64,000 nt of DNA from Pedosphaera sp. (GCA_017853715.1 JAFMIZ010000004.1:2920-66919); one strand, 5' to 3'. Shown: positions 8,469 through 18,653, counted from the stretch's first letter. Program-made: numbers and translations. Notes: a model not told the origin generated them from the letters alone.

Positions 8469-9638
8469 TTAGATGACTTTCAACAAGGCTTCAACCTTGT
8501 TGGTGGATTCCCACGTTAGGTCCTTGTCTTTCTTACCGAAGTGACCGTAGTTGGTGGTCTTGCTGTAAATCGGCCGGCGGAGGTCCAATTGATCGATGAT
8601 GTCCGCAGGCTGGAAGCTGAACACCTTGTTGATGGCCTTGATGATTTTTGCGGCGGCAACTTTGGATGTGCCAAAAGTGTCCACGTGCACGCTGACGGGG
8701 TCAGGGTGTCCGATGGCGTAGGCGAACTGCACTTCGCAGTGCGTAGCAAGTCCGGCAGCCACGACGTTCTTGGCGACCCAGCGGCCCATGTAAGCAGCGC
8801 TGCGATCCACCTTCGTTGGATCCTTGCCGGAGAATGCGCCACCCCCATGACGGCCCCAGCCGCCGTATGTGTCCACGATGATTTTGCGGCCGGTCAGGCC
8901 GGTGTCGCCTTGCGGTCCACCGACCACGAAACGACCGGTAGGATTGATGAGGAATTCCGTCTTCTTGTTGATCAAGCGGGCGGGCAGCACCTTTTCGATG
9001 ACGTTCTTGATGCAGAACTTCTCGATCTCACCGTGCTGTACGTCAGCCGCGTGTTGTGTGGAAATGACCACGTTGGAAATGGCAACCGGCTTGCCGTTCT
9101 CGTAAACTACGGAAACCTGTGACTTCGCGTCGGGACGCAGCCACGGCACCTTGCCGCTCTTTCGAATCTTGGTCAGCTCGCGCCCCAGCCGATGTGCGAA
9201 CATGATCGGCGCAGGCATCAACTCGGGCGTTTCATTGCACGCGTAACCGAACATCAAACCCTGATCACCAGCGCCCTGCTTGGCGGTCCTCTTGCCTTTG
9301 GCCTTCTTTGCATCCACACCCTGCGCGATGTCGGGGGATTGTTGCGTGACGATGACGTTCACAAAAACTTTATCGGCGTGGAAGACATCGTCGTCGTTGA
9401 CGTAGCCGATTTCGCGGATGGCTTCGCGGGCGATCTTCACGAAGTCGAGCTTGGCGCGCGTGGTGATTTCACCGCCGACGATGGCGATGTTTGACTTCAC
9501 ATACGTTTCGCAGGCGACGCGGGAGAACTTGTCCTGAGTCAGACAGGCGTCGAGAACGGCATCAGAAATCGTATCGGCCACTTTGTCCGGATGACCTTCA
9601 CCGACGGACTCAGAAGAAAAAATGTAACTGGAGCTCAT
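8469..9638 (-). CDS. metK: S-adenosylmethionine synthetase
   Basis: [25 protein letters not shown] and [16 protein letters not shown]. The start at 9638 matches the canonical MetK N-terminus. An upstream in-frame ATG at 9677 is also possible. Confidence 0.95.
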   Translation of the reverse strand: MSSSYIFSSESVGEGHPDKVADTISDAVLDACLTQDKFSRVACETYVKSNIAIVGGEITTRAKLDFVKIAREAIREIGYVNDDDVFHADKVFVNVIVTQQSPDIAQGVDAKKAKGKRTAKQGAGDQGLMFGYACNETPELMPAPIMFAHRLGRELTKIRKSGKVPWLRPDAKSQVSVVYENGKPVAISNVVISTQHAADVQHGEIEKFCIKNVIEKVLPARLINKKTEFLINPTGRFVVGGPQGDTGLTGRKIIVDTYGGWGRHGGGAFSGKDPTKVDRSAAYMGRWVAKNVVAAGLATHCEVQFAYAIGHPDPVSVHVDTFGTSKVAAAKIIKAINKVFSFQPADIIDQLDLRRPIYSKTTNYGHFGKKDKDLTWESTNKVEALLKVI

Positions 9639-9678
9639 GTATTTTGGTTCAATATTTACGTGCATCGCCAATGACATA

Positions 9679-9706
9679 TTGACGTATCTGGATGGGATGA
9701 TATAAC
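9679..9706 (+). promoter_or_regulatory. Candidate sigma-70-like promoter for the ArsR/methyltransferase regulator gene
   Basis: TTGACG (9679-9684), a 16-nt spacer, then TATAAC (9701-9706), about 40 nt upstream of the ATG at 9746. It lies in the most AT-rich spacer of this region. Confidence 0.45.
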
Positions 9707-9724
9707 ACTTTTACAGTTCGTCAA
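9697..9724 (-). promoter_or_regulatory. Candidate sigma-70-like promoter for metK-ahcY
   Basis: On the minus strand: TTGACG (9724-9719), a 16-nt spacer, then TATCAT (9702-9697). Its -10 overlaps the -10 of the divergent promoter. Confidence 0.45.
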
Positions 9725-9745
9725 CCGGCAATCTTAATTTCAATC

Positions 9746-10675
9746 ATGTCCTCCGCACTTAACTCCCTCCGGGCGCTGTCCGACCAGACAAGGCTCCGCA
9801 TCGTGGCGCTGCTGGAACGCGATGAGCTCTCCGTCAACGAGTTGCAGGAGGCCACGCACCTCGGACAGTCACGTATCTCCACGCATTTGGGGCAATTGCA
9901 GGATGCGGACCTCGTGCAATCGCGTCGCGAGGGCAAGCGGACGTTCTACCGGGTGAACCAGCATGCCGATGAACTTGCGCGGGAGTTCATCCAACTCGCC
10001 GTGCGTGGGGCGAAAGAGATGCCGGAGCACTCAGGTGACCAGATCAATCTCAAGCGCATCCTCGCGCGCCGCCGCGAGCAGGCGCAAATCTATTTCAACG
10101 AAGTCGCTGGGCGTTTTGACCGCGTGTATGGCCCGGGACGTTCATGGCAGGCGTTTGGGCATTTGCTGCTGCGCATTGTTCCGCCGTTGGTGGTGGCTGA
10201 CCTTGGCGCAGGCGAAGGTTTGCTGAGCGAGTTGCTCGCGCGCCGCTGCAAGAAGGTCATCGCGGTGGATAACTCTGCTAAGATTGTCGAGTTCGGCGCC
10301 AAGAAGGCGAAGAAGAATGGGTTGAAGAATCTGGAGTTCCGTCAGGGTGATTTGCAGACCCCGCCCATTGATGCGGAGAGTATGGACTTGGTAATTCTCA
10401 GCCAGGCGCTGCACCACGCCGAGCAACCGGCTCTGGCGCTGAAGTCAGCGTATCGTCTGCTCAAAGCGGGTGGGCAGATTTTGATTCTCGATTTGCAGCA
10501 GCATCAATTCGAGAGGGCGCGCGAACTTTACGGTGACCTATGGCTAGGCTTTGCGCAGAGCGATCTTCACCAGTGGCTGGAAGAAGCCGGCTTCAAGCAG
10601 GTGGACATCAACGTCGTCGCCAGCGAGGAAGACCCGCCGCACTTTGAAACCATTCTGGCTTGCGCTACGAAATAA
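9746..10675 (+). CDS. ArsR-family HTH fused to a SAM-dependent methyltransferase fold (SahR-like regulator candidate)
   Basis: N-terminal ArsR/SmtB wHTH (LSDQTRLRIVALLERDELSVNELQEATHLGQSRISTHL). C-terminal class I methyltransferase motif I (VADLGAGEGLL). Transcribed divergently from metK-ahcY. Confidence 0.8.
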   Translation: MSSALNSLRALSDQTRLRIVALLERDELSVNELQEATHLGQSRISTHLGQLQDADLVQSRREGKRTFYRVNQHADELAREFIQLAVRGAKEMPEHSGDQINLKRILARRREQAQIYFNEVAGRFDRVYGPGRSWQAFGHLLLRIVPPLVVADLGAGEGLLSELLARRCKKVIAVDNSAKIVEFGAKKAKKNGLKNLEFRQGDLQTPPIDAESMDLVILSQALHHAEQPALALKSAYRLLKAGGQILILDLQQHQFERARELYGDLWLGFAQSDLHQWLEEAGFKQVDINVVASEEDPPHFETILACATK

Positions 10676-10708
10676 GCTGTTGCTGTGGCTTCACTTCTTG
10701 CTCGCGGA

Positions 10709-11644
10709 CTACTTGCCTGCCATCATGTAGGAGATATAGTCGGTGAGCTTCTCCTTCATTTCGAGGCGGGGGACGATGGCATCTATCAAGCCGCGGTCGG
10801 TGAGGAACTCTGCCGTTTGGAATCCAGGAGGCAACTCAGCCTGGGTGGTGTCTTTGATCACGCGCGGGCCGGCAAAACCGATCATTGCTTTGGGTTCCGC
10901 GATGATGAGGTCGCCCACACTGGCGTAGCTGGCCATCACACCGGCAGTTGTCGGATGGGTCAGCACGCTGATGTAGGGCAGCTTGGCCCTGGCATGGTAA
11001 GCAAGCGCGGCGCAGGTCTTCGCCATCTGCATCAGGCTGAACATGCCTTCATACATGCGGGCGCCACCGCTGGTGGAAATGATTACCAACGGGAGACCAG
11101 CTTCCGTGGCCTTTTCAATCAGCCTCGTCAGCTTTTCGCCGACAACGGAGCCCATCGAGCCACCGAGGAAGGCAAAATCCATCACGCCGAGCGCGGCGCG
11201 ATGTGGGCCAATTTTGCCGATGCCCGTGATCACGGCGTCTTTCAGTTGGGTGGACTTCTTGCGATACGTTTCCAACTTGGAAGCGTAGGAGGCCACGCCG
11301 GTGAACTTGAGAATGTCCACGCTGAGCATGCCGGCGTCTATCTCCTCAAACGAGCAGGTTTCCACGAGGGCATTGATGCGCTCGCGGGCCCCGATGGGAA
11401 AATGGTGCTGGCACTTGGGGCAGACCTTCAGATTTTCGTCGAGTTCCTTGTCGAAAACGAGTTCCGAGCACTTGGGGCACTTGGTCCACAGCCCTTCGGG
11501 CATGTCGCGCTTGCGGGTTTTCCCTGAGCCGAGCTTTGGCTTTTTGAGGAAGGCAGTTGCTGCGGCGTCCAAGTCGGGTGGAGTGAGTGCGGGTTCCGGG
11601 CCGTCGGTTCCGGGAATCTTCTTGGTGAACTGGCTGGTTGCCAT
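10709..11644 (-). CDS. accD: Acetyl-CoA carboxylase carboxyltransferase subunit beta
   Basis: Zn-ribbon CPKCSELVF...CPKCQHH followed by the carboxyltransferase domain (GGSMGSVVGEK, GGARM). I chose the ATG at 11644. The track start at 11674 is TTG. Confidence 0.9.
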   Translation of the reverse strand: MATSQFTKKIPGTDGPEPALTPPDLDAAATAFLKKPKLGSGKTRKRDMPEGLWTKCPKCSELVFDKELDENLKVCPKCQHHFPIGARERINALVETCSFEEIDAGMLSVDILKFTGVASYASKLETYRKKSTQLKDAVITGIGKIGPHRAALGVMDFAFLGGSMGSVVGEKLTRLIEKATEAGLPLVIISTSGGARMYEGMFSLMQMAKTCAALAYHARAKLPYISVLTHPTTAGVMASYASVGDLIIAEPKAMIGFAGPRVIKDTTQAELPPGFQTAEFLTDRGLIDAIVPRLEMKEKLTDYISYMMAGK

Positions 11645-11729
11645 GGATTGAAATTTTACTTCGTTGCGATCCAAATACCGACCGCCGAGTTGCCGATCAC
11701 TGAACAGTCAACGGAAACATTCTGAGTAT

Positions 11730-12470
11730 TCAAATTCCCCGCGCGACTGTCCAGACGCAAACTTGGCCAGCCCCGGCGTCGCGCAACGCCTTGGCGCAGG
11801 CGTTTGTGGTGGCACCCGTGGTCAACACGTCGTCTATCAACACGATGCGTTCGCCGTTTAGCTTCAGTCCGCGGGCAGTTACGAAGGCTTTGCGCACGTT
11901 GGCGGCGCGTTCATTACGGGAGAGCAAAGTCTGGGTGCGGGTGGCCGCGGTGCGGCGCAACCAACGAGTTTGAACCGGCATTTCCAGCGCGTTCCCCAGT
12001 CGCTGGGCGAGACGCTCGGCCTGGTTGAATTCCCGTTCGCGCAGTTTGGTGGGATGCAAGGGCACGGGCACGATGACATCCCACTCTTCCTTGCGCAGCT
12101 CTTCACGAGCGGCGCGGGCCAGCAGGTCGGCCAGAAAAGGCTCGAACCAGAGCGAGCGGTAATACTTATAGCGGTGAATGACTTCGAGCACAGCGTCCTT
12201 GGCTAGCACCGCTGATCGGGCAGAGCTGAAGTGCAGTTCCACCTCGCGGCAGTTGCTGCATTCAAACAGACCGGTGATGCTGCCTTCAAAAGGCAAACCA
12301 CAACGCTTGCACATCGGTTCCCGCACAAACCGCACCTGCTTGTAGCAATCCTGGCAGACGTATCCCTCGGCGGCATTCGCTCGTGCCTCATTGCACAACT
12401 GGCAGACCGGCGGAAACACAAACGCCAAGGCTGCGTCGAGCAGGGAGTTATTTTGTAACTGGGCCGACAT
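11730..12470 (-). CDS. comF: ComF family protein (phosphoribosyltransferase domain)
   Basis: N-terminal Cys pairs (PPVCQLC, CQDC, CKRCG, CSNC) and the PRTase motif VLIDDVLTTGATT. I chose the ATG at 12470. Confidence 0.8.
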   Translation of the reverse strand: MSAQLQNNSLLDAALAFVFPPVCQLCNEARANAAEGYVCQDCYKQVRFVREPMCKRCGLPFEGSITGLFECSNCREVELHFSSARSAVLAKDAVLEVIHRYKYYRSLWFEPFLADLLARAAREELRKEEWDVIVPVPLHPTKLREREFNQAERLAQRLGNALEMPVQTRWLRRTAATRTQTLLSRNERAANVRKAFVTARGLKLNGERIVLIDDVLTTGATTNACAKALRDAGAGQVCVWTVARGI

Positions 12471-12602
12471 GGGACGTAGGATACAGACACCGCTGCCGCT
12501 CGCCAAGGTGCATGCCTGGCATCGATCACCCAAAACATTCAATGTTCAGGCTGGACCCTCGCAACGGAGCCGTGCATTGTTCACCCTGCACAAGGCACTC
12601 AA

Positions 12603-13376
12603 ATGATCCTTCTCTTCGACATCGGCAATACGCACACGCACATCGGCCTTGCCAACGACACGCGGGTGATGAAGCAAACCAACGTATCGTCGCGCGACTG
12701 GTTTTCCGGGCGGGCGGGTTCGCAAGTGCGGCAATTTGTAGGACGCAATGAGCCAGAGGGCGTGGCGCTGTGCAGTGTGGTACCCAAGGCAACGCCCAGC
12801 GTGAAAGCGTTCGTGAACGGCAGCTTCGAATTGGATTGCTTGGAATTGAACACTGGGACCGTGCGGGGCATTGGCATCAACTACCCCGAGCCGCAGCGCA
12901 TCGGTCCCGACCGTTTGGCGAATGCCGTGGCGGTTCACGCGAAGCACGGTGGCCCCGCGTTAGTGGTGGATTTCGGCACGGCAGTCACCTTTGATGTCGT
13001 GGACAAGAAGGGTGACTACGTGGGCGGTGTCATTGCGCCGGGACTGGCGGCGATGACCGAATACCTAAACGAAAAAACCGCGTTGCTGCCGCGCATCGAG
13101 ATTCGTGAAATCAAATCTGCTATCGGCAAGAGCACGGAAGATGCGATGTTGATCGGCGCAGTGCATGGTTACCGTGGCTTGATCCGCGAACTCATCATGG
13201 AGTTGAAAAAGGAACTCAAGGCCAAGCGCCTGCCCGTGGTGGCCACCGGCGGTTACGCCGAGCTGATCGCGGCCAAGCTGCCGGAAATTGATTCCGTCGA
13301 ACCGAACCTTACCTTGGAAGGCTTGCGCCTCGTCTGGCAGGCGCATCAGCCAAAGAAAAATAGCAGCAGGTCGTGA
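12603..13376 (+). CDS. coaX: Type III pantothenate kinase
   Basis: The N-terminus MILLFDIGNTHTHIGL is typical of CoaX. VVDFGTAVTFD is also present. Confidence 0.9.
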   Translation: MILLFDIGNTHTHIGLANDTRVMKQTNVSSRDWFSGRAGSQVRQFVGRNEPEGVALCSVVPKATPSVKAFVNGSFELDCLELNTGTVRGIGINYPEPQRIGPDRLANAVAVHAKHGGPALVVDFGTAVTFDVVDKKGDYVGGVIAPGLAAMTEYLNEKTALLPRIEIREIKSAIGKSTEDAMLIGAVHGYRGLIRELIMELKKELKAKRLPVVATGGYAELIAAKLPEIDSVEPNLTLEGLRLVWQAHQPKKNSSRS

Positions 13377-13546
13377 ACCCTACCGCACAAGATTCAGGGC
13401 TGGGCGATGCTGGAGCGGAGAAAGAACTTTATCGGCGCTGATGGAGCTCTTCATGTTCGGGGTGCGTTGGCAACCATCGTGCGAACGGCCAAAAACTAAC
13501 TCTCAGCCCGCAAGGCTGCACCTCTCGACGGCGTCTAATATTGTTT

Positions 13547-14311
13547 TTAGTTCGCCAAGAACCGCAACACTGCCTCGGCGAACTCGGCGGTCTTCTCGGC
13601 ATGAACCCAATGCCCGGCTCCCGGGATGGATTCAAACTGCGCCTGCGGGAAAAGCCGCTTGATCGTGGGATGGTCAGCTTCCGTGACGTAATCTGAATTT
13701 CCGCCCAACAGAAACAATCCTTCACCTGTGAAAGGCGCATCGGCGTGGATGGCTTGGCGCAAGTGGTCGTAGTTGTCGGCGATGCCTTCAAGGTGGATTC
13801 GCCACCGGTAGCCGCCATGCTCGGCAGGCATCAGGTTCTTCAGCAGAAATTGTCGCAACGAAATCTCCGTGATGTCTGGCGCTAGTGCAGCTTCAACTTC
13901 TTGACGAGTCTTAAAGTCCTGGAGTCGCAGATTCCGCAAAGTGCCCAGCAACTTCGCAAAGCGCGGACCGTAAGCTTTGGGGGCCATATCCACTACGATC
14001 AGCTTGCGCACGCGGTCGGCGTGGTGCAGCGCAAATTGCATCGCCGTCTTGCCGCCCATCGAGTGTCCCAGCACGTGGGCGGAAGTGATCGCTTGCTGAT
14101 CCATGAAGCGCGCGATGTCGTTGGCCATCGCCGCGTAGTTCATCTCGGCGTGGTGGGGCGAGTGTCCGTGATTGCGTTGGTCGATGGCGAAGACCTGGAA
14201 CTGTTCGGCGAACCGTCGCGCTGCCGGGAGCAAATTTTGGTGCGAACCCAGAAGACCGTGCAGCAACAGCAACGGCTCGCCAGCGCCCAGAGTGGTGAAG
14301 TGTAGTTCCAC
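13547..14311 (-). CDS. Alpha/beta hydrolase (YbfF-like esterase)
   Basis: HG oxyanion motif (LLLHGLLGS), nucleophile elbow GHSMGGK, and a C-terminal GHW(V)H. Confidence 0.8.
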   Translation of the reverse strand: MELHFTTLGAGEPLLLLHGLLGSHQNLLPAARRFAEQFQVFAIDQRNHGHSPHHAEMNYAAMANDIARFMDQQAITSAHVLGHSMGGKTAMQFALHHADRVRKLIVVDMAPKAYGPRFAKLLGTLRNLRLQDFKTRQEVEAALAPDITEISLRQFLLKNLMPAEHGGYRWRIHLEGIADNYDHLRQAIHADAPFTGEGLFLLGGNSDYVTEADHPTIKRLFPQAQFESIPGAGHWVHAEKTAEFAEAVLRFLAN

Positions 14312-14315
14312 GTGA

Positions 14316-15176
14316 TCAGATGTCGGCGAAACTGAACGGCTTTAGAGCTATCGTCGCGTTGCGCACGTAGACTGCACAGGCCGCGACATACTCTGCATGC
14401 GGACTCCAATTGGCCAACGACCATTCCGTTTCTGTGATCTTTTCTCCATCCATCGCAACCAAGCCACCACCTCCGCGGCAAGTCACTTCAAAGCGCTGCA
14501 ATCCGTTGGCGATACCTTGGCCGGTGGCTTTGAGCAGTGCCTCTTTCTGGGTCCAAAGGCGGAAGAAGCAGTTGATTTGGTCCTCGGGTGGCGCCGCCGC
14601 CAGTTCGTCCTGCTCACCCGGCGTGAAGAAGCGCTTGGCCAGCGCGATCGGGTCGCGCACCGGTCGAATGTGCTCGATGTCCACGCCGACTTCAGCCGCG
14701 TCACAAAGGGCGACCAGAGCAAGTTCACCGGAGTGACTCAGGTTGAAGTGAAGCGCAGCATGTCGCTCGGCTGGGAGTGCCGGCTTGCCGAAGGGTCCGA
14801 TTTGAAAAGTGATTTCGCGTGGATTACATCTCAGCTTATGCGCGAGCAGGCAGCGCAATGCTGCGTGTGCAAGGATGTGGCGGTGCTTTGTGCTTTCATC
14901 GCGGAATGCTTTTGCGCGGACCAACTCGACTTCGGGCAGACAGGCTTGGGCTCCAGCCACAACCGATGCTGGCATGTCCAGGGCGATCTCCCAAACCTGC
15001 ACCGTGCCGGGAGCGGGTTGCTGGTTTGCGCTGAATGTTCTTTGACTCAAGGCGTGCCTTTGTTCCCCGTCATGTTGAACCGTGCGGTTTCGGCAAGAAA
15101 GGTGAAACGTAGCGAAGTTGAACTCCAGTGCTGGTGCTGCATTGGTGATTGCATTGAAAAGTTGGCAGGTTTTCAT
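14316..15176 (-). CDS. 4'-phosphopantetheinyl transferase (Sfp type)
   Basis: FNLSHSGELALVAL, VGVDIE and WTQKEALLKATG motifs. The start is uncertain: ATG at 15176 or GTG at 15002 just before VQVWEIAL. The track ORF runs to 15338 and overlaps the ACT gene. Confidence 0.65.
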   Translation of the reverse strand: MKTCQLFNAITNAAPALEFNFATFHLSCRNRTVQHDGEQRHALSQRTFSANQQPAPGTVQVWEIALDMPASVVAGAQACLPEVELVRAKAFRDESTKHRHILAHAALRCLLAHKLRCNPREITFQIGPFGKPALPAERHAALHFNLSHSGELALVALCDAAEVGVDIEHIRPVRDPIALAKRFFTPGEQDELAAAPPEDQINCFFRLWTQKEALLKATGQGIANGLQRFEVTCRGGGGLVAMDGEKITETEWSLANWSPHAEYVAACAVYVRNATIALKPFSFADI

Positions 15177-15243
15177 TGGCGCAACGAAAGGCCCTCGGCT
15201 AAGTTCGCGCTGCGTAGAAAACTGAACATCAAAAGGATTGGGC

Positions 15244-15636
15244 ATGCACATAGCAAAGCAACTGGCCATATTTCTCGATAACCGGCCCGGAACGTTGGCC
15301 CGCTTGGCCGACGCCATGGCCGAGGCGGAAGTGAACATCTACGCCATTTCCACCAGCGACACGGTGGATCATTCCGTCGTGCGGATGGTGGTCAGTGATT
15401 ACCGCAAGGCGATGCACGTCTTCGAGGAGCGCGGAGCGTTGGTGGTGGAAGACGACGTGCTGGTGATCGAAGGTAGCAATAAGCCTGGCTCGCTGGCGCA
15501 CATCGCCCACACGCTTTCCAAGGCCAAGGTGAACATCGAGTATTGTTACAGTGCTACGGGTCCGAAGGAGAAGTTTGGTTTGATGGTCATGCGGGTCTCC
15601 GATGCCAAGAAGGCCTTGAAAGCTCTGAACAGCTGA
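15244..15636 (+). CDS. ACT domain-containing protein
   Basis: Two ACT-like repeats (IFLDNRPGTLARLADAMAEAEVNIYA; IEGSNKPGSLAHIAHTLSKAKVNIEY). AAGGA lies 6 nt upstream of the ATG at 15244. Confidence 0.7.
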   Translation: MHIAKQLAIFLDNRPGTLARLADAMAEAEVNIYAISTSDTVDHSVVRMVVSDYRKAMHVFEERGALVVEDDVLVIEGSNKPGSLAHIAHTLSKAKVNIEYCYSATGPKEKFGLMVMRVSDAKKALKALNS

Positions 15637-15676
15637 TCGCTCGACCGCACGACGTTGAGTGCGTTGCGCCGTCCTC

Positions 15677-17161
15677 ATGCGCTTCCCGCTGCTTTACGAA
15701 ATCAACACGCGCTGTTGGCTGCGTGAACTTTCTGCCGCCGCCGGCAAGCCGCTTACGCTGGCGGATGTTTCTCCTGCTCAGATCAGCGAGTGGAGCGAAC
15801 TTGGGTTCACTCACATCTGGTTGATGGGAGTGTGGCGCACTGGACCCAAGGGGCTGGCGGCCGCCCTGCACGAGGCAAAACGGAATCCTACTTTCACCGC
15901 AACAATACCCGGCTGGCGCGAGGAGGACATCGCGGCCTCGCCCTATGCGGTGGCGGAGTATGTCGTGGCGGATGAGTTGGGTGGTAACTCGGCGCTCGCT
16001 GCCTTTCGTGAAAAGCTTTCTGCTGCGGGTTTGAAGCTTGTGCTCGATTTCGTGCCCAATCACACCGGGCTGGATCATCCTTGGTTGCGCGAGCGGCCCG
16101 AGCTGTTCGTGCAGAGTCCCCGGCAGGTCAATGAAACGTTCAAGGTGGGTGAGGGGGCTGATGCGCGGTGGATTGCCCACGGCAAAGATCCCAATTTCCC
16201 CGCGTGGCAGGACACGGCCCAGTTGGACTATCGGAATCCCGCCACGCGCCAGGCGATGACCAGCCAATTGCTTATGATTGCCGGTCAGTGCGACGGCGTC
16301 CGTTGCGACATGGCCATGCTCATGTTGAACGATCTGTTCGTGCGGCATTGGGCGCGCTTTCCGTTCACGCACGCCCTATCCGAACGCGAATTCTGGTCCG
16401 AAGCCATCGCTGCAGTCTGGCGGGACTTTCCAGAGTTCCTGATGATTTCCGAATCCTACTGGGGCATGGAATCCTGCCTCCAGACCTTGGGCTTTGACTT
16501 CACCTACGACAAGATCCTCTACGACGAACTCGTCTATCACGATCCATCGTCCGTGACGCGCCATTTGTATGAGGAAAGCTCCGCTGCATTCGTGGAGAAC
16601 AGTGTCCACTTCATCGAGAACCACGACGAACGTCGTGCGGCCACCGTGTTTGTGCCGGAGGAACATCGGGCGGCGGCTCTGCTGGTGCTGGGCCTGCCTG
16701 GGCTGCGTCTTATTCACGAGGGGCAATTGACCGGTGCGCGTGCCAAGATCCCCGTGCAACTCCGTCGCCGTCCGGTTGAGCCATCGGATGCAAAGATCAC
16801 CGCCATCTATGAACGGCTGTTGCATGGCCTGCGTGGCTCAGCTGTGGGCGAGGGGCGGGCGCGCTTGTTGCGACCGCGTGCCGCGTGGCCGGACAATCAG
16901 ACGTGGCGCAACTTCGTCATCGTGCAGTGGCAGACGGTGCCGGATGAATTCGATCTGGTGGTGGTGAACCTGGTGCCGCATCGCGGCCAATGCTACGTGC
17001 CGCTCACCATTCCGAACTTGGCGGCGCACCACTGGTCCATGCGCGACCGCATGGGCACGGAACGCTACCTCCGCGTGGGTTCTGACCTCGAGCGTCAGGG
17101 GCTTTACCTGGACGTGCCACCTTACGCGGCTCAGCTATTCCATTTCACGCCCGGCGGGTGA
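15677..17161 (+). CDS. Glycoside hydrolase family 13 (alpha-amylase family) protein
   Basis: GH13 conserved regions: LVLDFVPNHTG, GVRCDMAMLM, ISESYWG and FIENHDE. Confidence 0.8.
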   Translation: MRFPLLYEINTRCWLRELSAAAGKPLTLADVSPAQISEWSELGFTHIWLMGVWRTGPKGLAAALHEAKRNPTFTATIPGWREEDIAASPYAVAEYVVADELGGNSALAAFREKLSAAGLKLVLDFVPNHTGLDHPWLRERPELFVQSPRQVNETFKVGEGADARWIAHGKDPNFPAWQDTAQLDYRNPATRQAMTSQLLMIAGQCDGVRCDMAMLMLNDLFVRHWARFPFTHALSEREFWSEAIAAVWRDFPEFLMISESYWGMESCLQTLGFDFTYDKILYDELVYHDPSSVTRHLYEESSAAFVENSVHFIENHDERRAATVFVPEEHRAAALLVLGLPGLRLIHEGQLTGARAKIPVQLRRRPVEPSDAKITAIYERLLHGLRGSAVGEGRARLLRPRAAWPDNQTWRNFVIVQWQTVPDEFDLVVVNLVPHRGQCYVPLTIPNLAAHHWSMRDRMGTERYLRVGSDLERQGLYLDVPPYAAQLFHFTPGG

Positions 17162-17213
17162 TTCCCAGCGCCGCAACCTGGCTGTGCCGTGATTTAAGCC
17201 TGCGCAGCGATGG

Positions 17214-18167
17214 CTAGATTCGTTGTTGAAGAAACTCCTCCAACTTGACTGTGTCAGCCGCAAACAAGCGGATGCCTTCGGCGGTTTTTTCGGTGGCGAC
17301 GGCGCTTTCGTTGAACAGCCAGCGGAAGGATTTCTCGGAGACGTCCACTTTGTTCGGGTTGGCTTGCTTGGCGGATTCAGGGTTAAGTTTGCGGACCACT
17401 TTGCCAGTGCCTTCCTTGAGTTCAGCGAGCAGGTTGGGGCTGATAGTGAGCAGGTCGCAACCGGCGAGTTCGAGGATTTCGCCTTTGTTGCGGAAGCTGG
17501 CGCCCATGACTTCGGTGTTATGGCCGAACTTCTTGTAGTAGTTGTAAATCTCGGTGACGGACTGGACGCCGGGATCGTCTGCGCCAGAGAAATCTTTGCC
17601 CGTTTTTGCCTTATGCCAGTCAAGGATGCGGCCGACGAAAGGCGAGATCAGTTTGGCATTGGCTTCGGCGCAGGCGACGGCTTGCACGAGCGAAAAGAGC
17701 AGCGTCATGTTGCAGTTGATGCCTTCTTTTTGCAGCATTTCCGCAGCGCGGACACCTTCCCACGTGGTGGCGATCTTGATTAGGATGCGTTCGCGCGGGA
17801 CGCCGCGCTTGGCATAGAGTCCGATGAACTTGTGCGCCTTGGCCACGAGCGCGCCGGCGTCGAAGGAAAGGTTGGCGTCGGTCTCGGTGGACACGCGTCC
17901 CGGAACGATCTTCAGAATCTCGCAGCCAAAGCCGACGAGGAGTTGGTCCACGACTTCCTTGACCAGTTTGTTGCCGGAGAAGCCGGACTTTTTGGCGTCG
18001 GCAATGGCGGCTTCGAGCAGGTGAGCATATTCAGGTTTGGTAGCGGCCTTGAGAATCAGCGAGGGATTCGTGGTGGCGTCCTGCGGCGCGAATTGCTTGA
18101 GCGTGGCAAAGTCGCCGGTGTCGGCGACGACGGTGGTGAATTGTTTGAGTTGGTCGAGTTCGTTCAC
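17214..18167 (-). CDS. tal: Transaldolase
   Basis: [20 protein letters not shown] and the Schiff-base lysine context [11 protein letters not shown]. Its 317 aa fits the TalB type. Confidence 0.95.
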   Translation of the reverse strand: MNELDQLKQFTTVVADTGDFATLKQFAPQDATTNPSLILKAATKPEYAHLLEAAIADAKKSGFSGNKLVKEVVDQLLVGFGCEILKIVPGRVSTETDANLSFDAGALVAKAHKFIGLYAKRGVPRERILIKIATTWEGVRAAEMLQKEGINCNMTLLFSLVQAVACAEANAKLISPFVGRILDWHKAKTGKDFSGADDPGVQSVTEIYNYYKKFGHNTEVMGASFRNKGEILELAGCDLLTISPNLLAELKEGTGKVVRKLNPESAKQANPNKVDVSEKSFRWLFNESAVATEKTAEGIRLFAADTVKLEEFLQQRI

Positions 18168-18189
18168 GTGAGTTGGGGGGTGAAGATTT

Positions 18190-18564
18190 TTACGGTTCAG
18201 ATTTCATGGGCCAATTGGCGGCGACCATGCTTTTGTAGCCGCCGATGATGGAGTAACATTTCCCATAGCCCAGCTTGCACGCGGCGGACGCCGTGAGGAT
18301 GGAACGGAAGCCGCCGCCGCAATACATGAGGATTTCGGTCTCGGGATCGGGGTAAAGGTGCTCCAAATCACGCTCAAGGATTCCTCTGCCGAGGTGTTTA
18401 GCTTCGACGGCGTGGCCCTTTTGCCATTCGTGGTCCTCGCGGACGTCGAGCAGCACACACTTTGGGTTGGCCGCGAGCCTTTGGCGGGCCTCGGCGACCG
18501 TAAGCTCCTTCACAAAGCGGCGTTCGTTTTCGACGAGTTTCAAGAAACCGGGCGAATGGTCCAT
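18190..18564 (-). CDS. Rhodanese-like domain protein
   Basis: Rhodanese fold with the active-site loop YCGGGFRS. It lies 23 nt upstream of tal on the same strand. Confidence 0.8.
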   Translation of the reverse strand: MDHSPGFLKLVENERRFVKELTVAEARQRLAANPKCVLLDVREDHEWQKGHAVEAKHLGRGILERDLEHLYPDPETEILMYCGGGFRSILTASAACKLGYGKCYSIIGGYKSMVAANWPMKSEP

Positions 18565-18653
18565 GTAGGAAAAATAGGTGTCTTACCGGGGAGGGGCAAA
18601 GAAATTTCCCCTCCGCGTTTGGAGAATGGGAACGAAAAATGTGCGGGAAGTCA

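Noticed and set aside
9639-9745. Possible SAM or SAH riboswitch upstream of metK
   Set aside because: At most about 50-60 nt of leader is available downstream of the putative promoter. I could not recognise SAM-I/II or SAH riboswitch core sequences or the required helices. Protein (SahR-like) control seems more likely.
10685-11527. 280-aa plus-strand ORF
   Set aside because: It is antisense to accD, which has a clear zinc ribbon and carboxyltransferase motifs on the minus strand.
13376-13547. 171-nt spacer checked for a tRNA, small RNA or small ORF
   Set aside because: It has no cloverleaf-compatible arms, no T-loop GTTCRA motif and no strong hairpin. The overlapping track ORFs (13288..13662, 13429..13818) have shadow-like composition.
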